Of a stretch of 64,000 bases of DNA, positions 1 to 13,390 are shown one piece after another. Made by a program: the position numbers and the translations under genes. Origin of the DNA: Auanema rhodensis (lineage: Eukaryota > Animalia > Nematoda); NCBI GenBank assembly GCA_964057225.1, contig OZ059898.1:20708001-20772000 (forward strand), written 5' to 3'. The first letter of the stretch is position 1, and every line of letters begins with the position of its first letter. The notes under the pieces are model-generated. The model had not been told where the DNA came from. It saw nothing but the letters and a program-made list of their open reading frames with translations, and made no database searches.

Positions 1-176
1 CATGACTTTGAAATTTACGTGAACTTTAATTTATGCTAATTAAATGTACACGTGATGTGCACTTGGTATGTAACTCGCTTCACGTGAAAGATGAAGAGAT
101 GCGGTTTTCAAAATTAGATTCCCCATGTCCATATCAGTCTAAAAACAAATTTTTATTGATATTGGTTCATGGTAAC
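1..176 (+). repeat. Representative 176-bp monomer (carries A93G and T135C relative to consensus)
   Basis: Position 177 restarts CATGACTTTGAAATTTACG. Consensus has about 56/176 G+C. Confidence 0.99.
79..88. other. Perfect 10-bp palindrome TTCACGTGAA (E-box/G-box core CACGTG), present in most monomers
   Basis: Read directly. The C78T variant extends it to the 12-bp TTTCACGTGAAA. Protein binding is not demonstrated. Confidence 0.9.
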
Positions 177-181
177 CATGA
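167..181. other. Dyad TCATGGT-A-ACCATGA (7-bp arms, 1-nt centre; contains GGTNACC), once per monomer
   Basis: TCATGGT is the reverse complement of ACCATGA. The common T167G variant trims the arms to 6 bp. Confidence 0.9.
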
Positions 182-2996
182 CTTTGAAATTTACGTGAAC
201 TTTAATTTATGCTAATTAAATGTACACGTGATGTGCACTTGGTATGTAACTCGCTTCAAGTGAAAGATAAAGAGATGCGGTTTTCAAAATTAGATTCCCC
301 ATGTCCATATTAGTCTAAAAACAAATTTTTATTGATATTGGTGCATGGTAACCATGACTTTGAAATTTACGTGAACTTTAATTTATGCTAATTAAATGTA
401 CACGTGATGTGCACTTGGTATGTAACTCGCTTCACGTGAAAGATAAAGAGATGCGGTTTTCGAAATTAGATTCCCCATGTCCATATTAGTCTAAAAACAA
501 ATTTTTATTGATATTGGTTCATGGTAACCATGACTTTGAAATTTACGTGAACTTTAATTTATGCTAATTAAATGTACACGTGATGTGCACTTGGTATGTA
601 ACTCGCTTCACGTGAAAGATGAAGAGATGCGGTTTTCAAAATTAGATTCCCCATGTCCATATCAGTCTAAAAACAAATTTTTATTGATATTGGTTCATGG
701 TAACCATGACTTTGAAATTTACGTGAACTTTAATTTATGCTAATTAAATGTACACGTGATGTGCACTTGGTATGTAACTCGCTTCAAGTGAAAGATAAAG
801 AGATGCGGTTTTCAAAATTAGATTCCCCATGTCCATATTAGTCTAAAAACAAATTTTTATTGATATTGGTGCATGGTAACCATGACTTTGAAATTTACGT
901 GAACTTTAATTTATGCTAATTAAATGTACACGTGATGTGCACTTGGTATGTAACTCGCTTCACGTGAAAGATAAAGAGATGCGGTTTTCAAAATTAGATT
1001 CCCCATGTCCATATCAGTCTAAAAACAAATTTTTATTGATATTGGTTCATGGTAACCATGACTTTGAAATTTACGTGAACTTTAATTTATGCTAATTAAA
1101 TGTACACGTGATGTGCACTTGGTATGTAACTCGCTTCACGTGAAAGATAAAGAGATGCGGTTTTCGAAATTAGATTCCCCATGTCCATATTAGTCTAAAA
1201 ACAAATTTTTATATTGATATTGGTTCATGGTAACCATGACTTCGAAATTTACGTGAACTTTAATTTATGCTAATTAAATGTACACGTGATGTGCACTTGG
1301 TATGTAACTCGCTTCACGTGAAAGATAAAGAGATGCGGTTTTCAAAATTAGATTCCCCATGTCCATATCAGTCTAAAAACAAATTTTTATTGATATTGGT
1401 TCATGGTAACCATGACTTTGAAATTTACGTGAACTTTAATTTATGCTAATTAAATGTACACGTGATGTGCACTTGGTATGTAACTCGCTTCACGTGAAAG
1501 ATAAAGAGATGCGGTTTTCGAAATTAGATTCCCCATGTCCATATTAGTCTAAAAACAAATTTTTATTGATATTGGTTCATGGTAACCATGACTTTGAAAT
1601 TTACGTGAACTTTAATTTATGCTAATTAAATGTACACGTGATGTGCACTTGGTATGTAACTCGCTTCACGTGAAAGATAAAGAGATGCGGTTTTCAAAAT
1701 TAGATTCCCCATGTCCATATTAGTCTAAAAACAAATTTTTATTGATATTGGTTCATGGTAACCATGACTTTGAAATTTACGTGAACTTTAATTTATGCTA
1801 ATTAAATGTACACGTGATGTGCACTTGGTATGTAACTCGCTTCAAGTGAAAGATAAAGAGATGCGGTTTTCAAAATTAGATTCCCCATGTCCATATTAGT
1901 CTAAAAACAAATTTTTATTGATATTGGTGCATGGTAACCATGACTTTGAAATTTACGTGAACTTTAATTTATGCTAATTAAATGTACACGTGATGTGCAC
2001 TTGGTATGTAACTCGCTTCACGTGAAAGATAAAGAGATGCGGTTTTCGAAATTAGATTCCCCATGTCCATATTAGTCTAAAAACAAATTTTTATTGATAT
2101 TGGTTCATGGTAACCATGACTTTGAAATTTACGTGAACTTTAATTTATGCTAATTAAATGTACACGTGATGTGCACTTGGTATGTAACTCGCTTCACGTG
2201 AAAGATGAAGAGATGCGGTTTTCAAAATTAGATTCCCCATGTCCATATCAGTCTAAAAACAAATTTTTATTGATATTGGTTCATGGTAACCATGACTTTG
2301 AAATTTACGTGAACTTTAATTTATGCTAATTAAATGTACACGTGATGTGCACTTGGTATGTAACTCGCTTCAAGTGAAAGATAAAGAGATGCGGTTTTCA
2401 AAATTAGATTCCCCATGTCCATATTAGTCTAAAAACAAATTTTTATTGATATTGGTGCATGGTAACCATGACTTTGAAATTTACGTGAACTTTAATTTAT
2501 GCTAATTAAATGTACACGTGATGTGCACTTGGTATGTAACTCGCTTCACGTGAAAGATAAAGAGATGCGGTTTTCAAAATTAGATTCCCCATGTCCATAT
2601 CAGTCTAAAAACAAATTTTTATTGATATTGGTTCATGGTAACCATGACTTTGAAATTTACGTGAACTTTAATTTATGCTAATTAAATGTACACGTGATGT
2701 GCACTTGGTATGTAACTCGCTTCACGTGAAAGATAAAGAGATGCGGTTTTCGAAATTAGATTCCCCATGTCCATATTAGTCTAAAAACAAATTTTTATAT
2801 TGATATTGGTTCATGGTAACCATGACTTCGAAATTTACGTGAACTTTAATTTATGCTAATTAAATGTACACGTGATGTGCACTTGGTATGTAACTCGCTT
2901 CACGTGAAAGATAAAGAGATGCGGTTTTCAAAATTAGATTCCCCATGTCCATATCAGTCTAAAAACAAATTTTTATTGATATTGGTTCATGGTAAC
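177..2996. repeat. Higher-order duplication, 9-monomer (1586-bp) offset
   Basis: Monomers at 177-1410 have the same variant order as 1763-2996. The ORF track shows the same offset (561/913/1267 vs 2147/2499/2853). Confidence 0.85.
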
Positions 2997-5900
2997 CATG
3001 ACTTTGAAATTTACGTGAACTTTAATTTATGCTAATTAAATGTACACGTGATGTGCACTTGGTATGTAACTCGCTTCAAGTGAAAGATAAAGAGATGCGG
3101 TTTTCAAAATTAGATTCCCCATGTCCATATTAGTCTAAAAACAAATTTTTATTGATATTGGTGCATGGTAACCATGACTTTGAAATTTACGTGAACTTTA
3201 ATTTATGCTAATTAAATGTACACGTGATGTGCACTTGGTATGTAACTCGCTTCACGTGAAAGATAAAGAGATGCGGTTTTCGAAATTAGATTCCCCATGT
3301 CCATATCAGTCTAAAAACAAATTTTTATTGATATTGGTTCATGGTAACCATGACTTTGAAATTTACGTGAACTTTAATTTATGCTAATTAAATGTACACG
3401 TGATGTGCACTTGGTATGTAACTCGCTTCAAGTGAAAGATAAAGAGATGCGGTTTTCAAAATTAGATTCCCCATGTCCATATTAGTCTAAAAACAAATTT
3501 TTATTGATATTGGTGCATGGTAACCATGACTTTGAAATTTACGTGAACTTTAATTTATGCTAATTAAATGTACACGTGATGTGCACTTGGTATGTAACTC
3601 GCTTCACGTGAAAGATAAAGAGATGCGGTTTTCAAAATTAGATTCCCCATGTCCATATTAGTCTAAAAACAAATTTTTATTGATATTGGTTCATGGTAAC
3701 CATGACTTTGAAATTTACGTGAACTTTAATTTATGCTAATTAAATGTACACGTGATGTGCACTTGGTATGTAACTCGCTTCACGTGAAAGATAAAGAGAT
3801 GCGGTTTTCGAAATTAGATTCCCCATGTCCATATTAGTCTAAAAACAAATTTTTATTGATATTGGTTCATGGTAACCATGACTTTGAAATTTACGTGAAC
3901 TTTAATTTATGCTAATTAAATGTACACGTGATGTGCACTTGGTATGTAACTCGCTTCACGTGAAAGATAAAGAGATGCGGTTTTCGAAATTAGATTCCCC
4001 ATGTCGATATTAGTCTAAAAACAAATTTTTATTGATATTGGTTCATGGTAACCATGACTTTGAAATTTACGTGAACTTTAATTTATGCTAATTAAATGTA
4101 CACGTGATGTGCACTTGGTATGTAACTCGCTTCACGTGAAAGATGAAGAGATGCGGTTTTCAAAATTAGATTCCCCATGTCCATATCAGTCTAAAAACAA
4201 ATTTTTATTGATATTGGTTCATGGTAACCATGACTTTGAAATTTACGTGAACTTTAATTTATGCTAATTAAATGTACACGTGATGTGCACTTGGTATGTA
4301 ACTCGCTTCACGTGAAAGATAAAGAGATGCGGTTTTCGAAATTAGATTCCCCATGTCCATATTAGTCTAAAAACAAATTTTTATATTGATATTGGTTCAT
4401 GGTAACCATGACTTCGAAATTTACGTGAACTTTAATTTATGCTAATTAAATGTACACGTGATGTGCACTTGGTATGTAACTCGCTTCACGTGAAAGATAA
4501 AGAGATGCGGTTTTCAAAATTAGATTCCCCATGTCCATATCAGTCTAAAAACAAATTTTTATTGATATTGGTTCATGGTAACCATGACTTTGAAATTTAC
4601 GTGAACTTTAATTTATGCTAATTAAATGTACACGTGATGTGCACTTGGTATGTAACTCGCTTCACGTGAAAGATAAAGAGATGCGGTTTTCAAAATTAGA
4701 TTCTTCATGTCCATATTAGTCTAAAAACAAATTTTTATTGATATTGGTTCATGGTAACCATGACTTTGAAATTTACGTGAACTTTAATTTATGCTAATTA
4801 AATGTACACGTGATGTGCACTTGGTATGTAACTCGCTTCACGTGAAAGATAAAGAGATGCGGTTTTCGAAATTAGATTCCCCATGTCCATATTAGTCTAA
4901 AAACAAATTTTTATTGATATTGGTTCATGGTAACCATGACTTTGAAATTTACGTGAACTTTAATTTATGCTAATTAAATGTACACGTGATGTGCACTTGG
5001 TATGTAACTCGCTTCACGTGAAAGATAAAGAGATGCGGTTTTCAAAATTAGATTCCCCATGTCCATATTAGTCTAAAAACAAATTTTTAATGATATTGGT
5101 TCATGGTAACCATGACTTTGAAATTTACGTGAACTTTAATTTATGCTAATTAAATGTACACGTGATGTGCACTTGGTATGTAACTCGCTTCACGTGAAAG
5201 ATAAAGAGATGCGGTTTTCGAAATTAGATTCCCCATGTCCATATTAGTCTAAAAACAAATTTTTATTGATATTGGTTCATGGTAACCATGACTTTGAAAT
5301 TTACGTGAACTTTAATTTATGCTAATTAAATGTACACGTGATGTGCACTTGGTATGTAACTCGCTTCACGTGAAAGATGAAGAGATGCGGTTTTCAAAAT
5401 TAGATTCCCCATGTCCATATCAGTCTAAAAACAAATTTTTATTGATATTGGTTCATGGTAACCATGACTTTGAAATTTACGTGAACTTTAATTTATGCTA
5501 ATTAAATGTACACGTGATGTGCACTTGGTATGTAACTCGCTTCAAGTGAAAGATAAAGAGATGCGGTTTTCAAAATTAGATTCCCCATGTCCATATTAGT
5601 CTAAAAACAAATTTTTATTGATATTGGTGCATGGTAACCATGACTTTGAAATTTACGTGAACTTTAATTTATGCTAATTAAATGTACACGTGATGTGCAC
5701 TTGGTATGTAACTCGCTTCACGTGAAAGATAAAGAGATGCGGTTTTCAAAATTAGATTACCCATGTCCATATTAGTCTAAAAACAAATTTTTATTGATAT
5801 TGGTGCATGGTAACCATGACTTTGAAATTTACGTGAACTTTAATTTATGCTAATTAAATGTACACGTGATGTGCACTTGGTATGTAACTCGCTTCACGTG

Positions 5901-8900
5901 AAAGATGAAGAGATGCGGTTTTCAAAATTAGATTCCCCATGTCCATATCAGTCTAAAAACAAATTTTTATTGATATTGGTTCATGGTAACCATGACTTTG
6001 AAATTTACGTGAACTTTAATTTATGCTAATTAAATGTACACGTGATGTGCACTTGGTATGTAACTCGCTTCACGTGAAAGATAAAGAGATGCGGTTTTCG
6101 AAATTAGATTCCCCATGTCCATATTAGTCTAAAAACAAATTTTTATATTGATATTGGTTCATGGTAACCATGACTTCGAAATTTACGTGAACTTTAATTT
6201 ATGCTAATTAAATGTACACGTGATGTGCACTTGGTATGTAACTCGCTTCACGTGAAAGATAAAGAGATGCGGTTTTCAAAATTAGATTCCCCATGTCCAT
6301 ATCAGTCTAAAAACAAATTTTTATTGATATTGGTTCATGGTAACCATGACTTTGAAATTTACGTGAACTTTAATTTATGCTAATTAAATGTACACGTGAT
6401 GTGCACTTGGTATGTAACTCGCTTCACGTGAAAGATAAAGAGATGCGGTTTTCAAAATTAGATTCTTCATGTCCATATTAGTCTAAAAACAAATTTTTAT
6501 TGATATTGGTTCATGGTAACCATGACTTTGAAATTTACGTGAACTTTAATTTATGCTAATTAAATGTACACGTGATGTGCACTTGGTATGTAACTCGCTT
6601 CACGTGAAAGATAAAGAGATGCGGTTTTCGAAATTAGATTCCCCATGTCCATATTAGTCTAAAAACAAATTTTTATTGATATTGGTTCATGGTAACCATG
6701 ACTTTGAAATTTACGTGAACTTTAATTTATGCTAATTAAATGTACACGTGATGTGCACTTGGTATGTAACTCGCTTCACGTGAAAGATAAAGAGATGCGG
6801 TTTTCGAAATTAGATTCCCCATGTCCATATTAGTCTAAAAACAAATTTTTATTGATATTGGTTCATGGTAACCATGACTTTGAAATTTACGTGAACTTTA
6901 ATTTATGCTAATTAAATGTACACGTGATGTGCACTTGGTATGTAACTCGCTTCACGTGAAAGATAAAGAGATGCGGTTTTCAAAATTAGATTCCCCATGT
7001 CCATATTAGTCTAAAAACAAATTTTTATTGATATTGGTTCATGGTAACCATGACTTTGAAATTTACGTGAACTTTAATTTATGCTAATTAAATGTACACG
7101 TGATGTGCACTTGGTATGTAACTCGCTTCAAGTGAAAGATAAAGAGATGCGGTTTTCAAAATTAGATTCCCCATGTCCATATTAGTCTAAAAACAAATTT
7201 TTATTGATATTGGTGCATGGTAACCATGACTTTGAAATTTACGTGAACTTTAATTTATGCTAATTAAATGTACACGTGATGTGCACTTGGTATGTAACTC
7301 GCTTCACGTGAAAGATAAAGAGATGCGGTTTTCAAAATTAGATTCCCCATGTCCATATTAGTCTAAAAACAAATTTTTATTGATATTGGTTCATGGTAAC
7401 CATGACTTTGAAATTTACGTGAACTTTAATTCATGCTAATTAAATGTACACGTGATGTGCACTTGGTATGTAACTCGCTTCACGTGAAAGATAAAGAGAT
7501 GCGGTTTTCGAAATTAGATTCCCCATGTCCATATTAGTCTAAAAACAAATTTTTATATTGATATTGGTTCATGGTAACCATGACTTCGAAATTTACGTGA
7601 ACTTTAATTTATGCTAATTAAATGTACACGTGATGTGCACTTGGTATGTAACTCGCTTCACGTGAAAGATAAAGAGATGCGGTTTTCAAAATTAGATTCC
7701 CCATGTCCATATCAGTCTAAAAACAAATTTTTATTGATATTGGTTCATGGTAACCATGACTTTGAAATTTACGTGAACTTTAATTTATGCTAATTAAATG
7801 TACACGTGATGTGCACTTGGTATGTAACTCGCTTCACGTGAAAGATAAAGAGATGCGGTTTTCAAAATTAGATTCTTCATGTCCATATTAGTCTAAAAAC
7901 AAATTTTTATTGATATTGGTTCATGGTAACCATGACTTTGAAATTTACGTGAACTTTAATTTATGCTAATTAAATGTACACGTGATGTGCACTTGGTATG
8001 TAACTCGCTTCACGTGAAAGATAAAGAGATGCGGTTTTCGAAATTAGATTCCCCATGTCCATATTAGTCTAAAAACAATTTTTTATTGATATTGGTTCAT
8101 GGTAACCATGACTTTGAAATTTACGTGAACTTTAATTTATGCTAATTAAATGTACACGTGATGTGCACTTGGTATGTAACTCGCTTCACGTGAAAGATAA
8201 AGAGATGCGGTTTTCAAAATTAGATTCCCCATGTCCATATTAGTCTAAAAACAAATTTTTATTGATATTGGTTCATGGTAACCATGACTTTGAAATTTAC
8301 GTGAACTTTAATTTATGCTAATTAAATGTACACGTGATGTGCACTTGGTATGTAACTCGCTTCAAGTGAAAGATAAAGAGATGCGGTTTTCAAAATTAGA
8401 TTCCTCATGTCCATATTAGTCTAAAAACAAATTTTTATTGATATTGGTGCATGGTAACCATGACTTTGAAATTTACGTGAACTTTAATTTATGCTAATTA
8501 AATGTACACGTGATGTGCACTTGGTATGTAACTCGCTTCACGTGAAAGATAAAGAGATGCGGTTTTCAAAATTAGATTCCCCATGTCCATATTAGTCTAA
8601 AAACAAATTTTTATTGATATTGGTTCATGGTAACCATGACTTTGAAATTTACGTGAACTTTAATTTATGCTAATTAAATGTACACGTGATGTGCACTTGG
8701 TATGTAACTCGCTTCACGTGAAAGATAAAGAGATGCAGTTTTCAAAATTAGATTCCCCATGTCCATATTAGTCTAAAAACAAATTTTTATTGATATTGGT
8801 TCATGGTAACCATGACTTTGAAATTTACGTGAACTTTAATTTATGCTAATTAAATGTACACGTGATGTGCACTTGGTATGTAACTCGCTTCACGTGAAAG

Positions 8901-8986
8901 ATAAAGAGATGCGGTTTTCAAAATTAGATTCCCCATGTCCATATTAGTCTAAAAACAAATTTTTATTGATATTGATTCATGGTAAC

Positions 8987-11630
8987 CATGACTTTGAAAT
9001 TTACGTGAACTTTAATTTATGCTAATTAAATGTACACGTGATGTGCACTTGGTATGTAACTCGCTTCACGTGAAAGATAAAGAGATGCGGTTTTCAAAAT
9101 TAGATTCCCCATGTCCATATTAGTCTAAAAACAAATTTTTATTGATATTGGTTCATGGTAACCATGACTTTGAAATTTACGTGAACTTTAATTTATGCTA
9201 ATTAAATGTACACGTGATGTGCACTTGGTATGTAACTCGCTTCACGTGAAAGATAAAGAGATGCGGTTTTTGAAATTAGATTCCCCATGTCCATATTAGT
9301 CTAAAAACAAATTTTTATTGATATTGGTTCATGGTAACCATGACTTTGAAATTTACGTGAACTTTAATTTATGCTAATTAAATGTACACGTGATGTGCAC
9401 TTGGTATGTAACTCGCTTCACGTGAAAGATGAAGAGATGCGGTTTTCAAAATTAGATTCCCCATGTCCATATCAGTCTAAAAACAAATTTTTATTGATAT
9501 TGGTTCATGGTAACCATGACTTTGAAATTTACGTGAACTTTAATTTATGCTAATTAAATGTACACGTGATGTGCACTTGGTATGTAACTCGCTTCACGTG
9601 AAAGATAAAGAGATGCGGTTTCCGAAATTAGATTCCCCATGTCCATATTAGTCTAAAAACAAATTTTTATATTGATATTGGTTCATGGTAACCATGACTT
9701 CGAAATTTACGTGAACTTTAATTTATGCTAATTAAATGTACACGTGATGTGCACTTGGTATGTAACTCGCTTCACGTGAAAGATAAAGAGATGCGGTTTT
9801 CAAAATTAGATTCCCCATGTCCATATCAGTCTAAAAACAAATTTTTATTGATATTGGTTCATGGTAACCATGACTTTGAAATTTACGTGAACTTTAATTT
9901 ATGCTAATTAAATGTACACGTGATGTGCACTTGGTATGTAACTCGCTTCACGTGAAAGATAAAGAGATGCGGTTTTCAAAATTAGATTCTTCATGTCCAT
10001 ATTAGTCTAAAAACAAATTTTTATTGATATTGGTTCATGGTAACCATGACTTTGAAATTTACGTGAACTTTAATTTATGCTAATTAAATGTACACGTGAT
10101 GTGCACTTGGTATGTAACTCGCTTCACGTGAAAGATAAAGAGATGCGGTTTTCGAAATTAGATTCCCCATGTCCATATTAGTCTAAAAACAAATTTTTAT
10201 TGATATTGGTTCATGGTAACCATGACTTTGAAATTTACGTGAACTTTAATTTATGCTAATTAAATGTACACGTGATGTGCACTTGGTATGTAACTCGCTT
10301 CACGTGAAAGATAAAGAGATGCGGTTTTCAAAATTAGATTCCCCATGTCCATATTAGTCTAAAAACAAATTTTTATTGATATTGGTTCATGGTAACCATG
10401 ACTTTGAAATTTACGTGAACTTTAATTTATGCTAATTAAATGTACACGTGATGTGCACTTGGTATGTAACTCGCTTCACGTGAAAGATAAAGAGATGCGG
10501 TTTTTGAAATTAGATTCCCCATGTCCATATTAGTCTAAAAACAAATTTTTATTGATATTGGTTCATGGTAACCATGACTTTGAAATTTACGTGAACTTTA
10601 ATTTATGCTAATTAAATGTACACGTGATGTGCACTTGGTATGTAACTCGCTTCACGTGAAAGATGAAGAGATGCGGTTTTCAAAATTAGATTCCCCATGT
10701 CCATATCAGTCTAAAAACAAATTTTTATTGATATTGGTTCATGGTAACCATGACTTTGAAATTTACGTGAACTTTAATTTATGCTAATTAAATGTACACG
10801 TGATGTGCACTTGGTATGTAACTCGCTTCACGTGAAAGATAAAGAGATGCGGTTTCCGAAATTAGATTCCCCATGTCCATATTAGTCTAAAAACAAATTT
10901 TTATATTGATATTGGTTCATGGTAACCATGACTTCGAAATTTACGTGAACTTTAATTTATGCTAATTAAATGTACACGTGATGTGCACTTGGTAGGTAAC
11001 TCGCTTCACGTGAAAGATAAAGAGATGCGGTTTTCAAAATTAGATTCCCCATGTCCATATTAGTCTAAAAACAAATTTTTATTGATATTGGTTCATGGTA
11101 ACCATGACTTTGAAATTTACGTGAACTTTAATTTATGCTAATTAAATGTACACGTGATGTGCACTTGGTATGTAACTCGCTTCACGTGAAAGATAAAGAG
11201 ATGCGGTTTTCAAAATTAGATTCTTCATGTCCATATTAGTCTAAAAACAAATTTTTATTGATATTGGTTCATGGTAACCATGACTTTGAAATTTACGTGA
11301 ACTTTAATTTATGCTAATTAAATGTACACGTGATGTGCACTTGGTATGTAACTCGCTTCACGTGAAAGATAAAGAGATGCGGTTTTCGAAATTAGATTCC
11401 CCATGTCCATATTAGTCTAAAAACAAATTTTTATTGATATTGGTTCATGGTAACCATGACTTTGAAATTTACGTGAACTTTAATTTATGCTAATTAAATG
11501 TACACGTGATGTGCACTTGGTATGTAACTCGCTTCACGTGAAAGATAAAGAGATGCGGTTTTCAAAATTAGATTCCCCATGTCCATATTAGTCTAAAAAC
11601 AAATTTTTATTGATATTGGTTCATGGTAAC
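8987..11630. repeat. Higher-order tandem duplication, 7-monomer (1234-bp) unit
   Basis: The order tttttgaa / A93G+T135C / tttccgaa+insertion / T9C / TTCTTCAT / A110G / consensus occurs twice. 9371 to 10605 is 1234 bp. Confidence 0.85.
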
Positions 11631-13390
11631 CATGACTTTGAAATTTACGTGAACTTTAATTTATGCTAATTAAATGTACACGTGATGTGCACTTGGTATG
11701 TAACTCGCTTCAAGTGAAAGATAAAGAGATGCGGTTTTCAAAATTAGATTCCCCATGTCCATATTAGTCTAAAAACAAATTTTTATTGATATTGGTGCAT
11801 GGTAACCATGACTTTGAAATTTACGTGAACTTTAATTTATGCTAATTAAATGTACACGTGATGTGCACTTGGTATGTAACTCGCTTCACGTGAAAGATAA
11901 AGAGATGCGGTTTTCAAAATTAGATTCCCCATGTCCATATTAGTCTAAAAACAAATTTTTATTGATATTGGTTCATGGTAACCATGACTTTGAAATTTAC
12001 GTGAACTTTAATTTATGCTAATTAAATGTACACGTGATGTGCACTTGGTATGTAACTCGCTTCACGTGAAAGATAAAGAGATGCGGTTTTCAAAATTAGA
12101 TTCCCCATGTCCATATTAGTCTAAAAACAAATTTTTATTGATATTGGTTCATGGTAACCATGACTTTGAAATTTACGTGAACTTTAATTTATGCTAATTA
12201 AATGTACACGTGATGTGCACTTGGTATGTAACTCGCTTCACGTGAAAGATAAAGAGATGCGGTTTTCAAAATTAGATTCCCCATGTCCATATTAGTCTAA
12301 AAACAAATTTTTATTGATATTGATTCATGGTAACCATGACTTTGAAATTTACGTGAACTTTAATTTATGCTAATTAAATGTACACGTGATGTGCACTTGG
12401 TATGTAACTCGCTTCACGTGAAAGATAAAGAGATGCGGTTTTCAAAATTAGATTCCCCATGTCCATATTAGTCTAAAAACAAATTTTTATTGATATTGGT
12501 TCATGGTAACCATGACTTTGAAATTTACGTGAACTTTAATTTATGCTAATTAAATGTACACGTGATGTGCACTTGGTATGTAACTCGCTTCACGTGAAAG
12601 ATAAAGAGATGCGGTTTTTGAAATTAGATTCCCCATGTCCATATTAGTCTAAAAACAAATTTTTATTGATATTGGTTCATGGTAACCATGACTTTGAAAT
12701 TTACGTGAACTTTAATTTATGCTAATTAAATGTACACGTGATGTGCACTTGGTATGTAACTCGCTTCACGTGAAAGATAAAGAGATGCGGTTTTCAAAAT
12801 TAGATTCCCCATGTCCATATTAGTCTAAAAACGAATTTTTATTGATATTGGTTCATGGTAACCATGACTTTGAAATTTACGTGAACTTTAATTTATGCTA
12901 ATTAAATGTACACGTGATGTGCACTTGGTATGTAACTCGCTTCACGTGAAAGATAAAGAGATGCGGTTTTCGAAATTAGATTCCCCATGTCCATATTAGT
13001 CTAAAAACAAATTTTTATTGATATTGGTTCATGGTAACCATGACTTTGAAATTTACGTGAACTTTAATTTATGCTAATTAAATGTACACGTGATGTGCAC
13101 TTGGTATGTAACTCGCTTCACGTGAAAGATAAAGAGATGCGGTTTTCGAAATTAGATTCCCCATGTCCATATTAGTCTAAAAACAAATTTTTATTGATAT
13201 TGGTTCATGGTAACCATGACTTTGAAATTTACGTGAACTTTAATTTATGCTAATTAAATGTGCACGTGATGTGCACTTGGTATGTAACTCGCTTCACGTG
13301 AAAGATAAAGAGATGCGGTTTTCAAAATTAGATTCCCCATGTCCATATTAGTCTAAAAACAATTTTTTATTGATATTGGTTCATGGTAAC

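Larger units (their letters stand above)
1..13390. repeat. Variant domain 1 of the array (markers T135C, C83A, A110G-rich, 178-bp monomers, TTCTTCAT)
   Basis: C83A (tcaagtg), the +AT insertion, T9C and TTCTTCAT were seen only below about 12 kb. T135C occurs only below 10.8 kb apart from one outlier at 59279. The boundary is approximate. Confidence 0.85.

Noticed and set aside
49-56. Budding-yeast point centromere (CDEI-like ATCACGTG on the minus strand)
   Set aside because: There is no adjoining ~80-bp >90% AT CDEII or CDEIII, and point centromeres are not tandemly arrayed. Only the motif similarity is noted.
1-176. Tandem 5S rRNA, tRNA, snRNA or spliced-leader gene array
   Set aside because: I see no recognisable 5S or tRNA sequence, cloverleaf or Pol III A/B/C boxes in the AT-rich unit. 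An Rfam/Infernal scan would be the formal test.
1-176. Assignment to known 176-bp satellites (Brassica CentBr, honeybee AluI family)
   Set aside because: Only the length matches. The consensus lacks HindIII and AluI sites (AGCT appears only in a rare variant) and I recognise no sequence similarity. A database search is needed.
455-480. CENP-B box at the TTCG created by A110G
   Set aside because: It does not fit TTCGNNNNANNCGGG. There is no CGGG or CCCG in the monomer.
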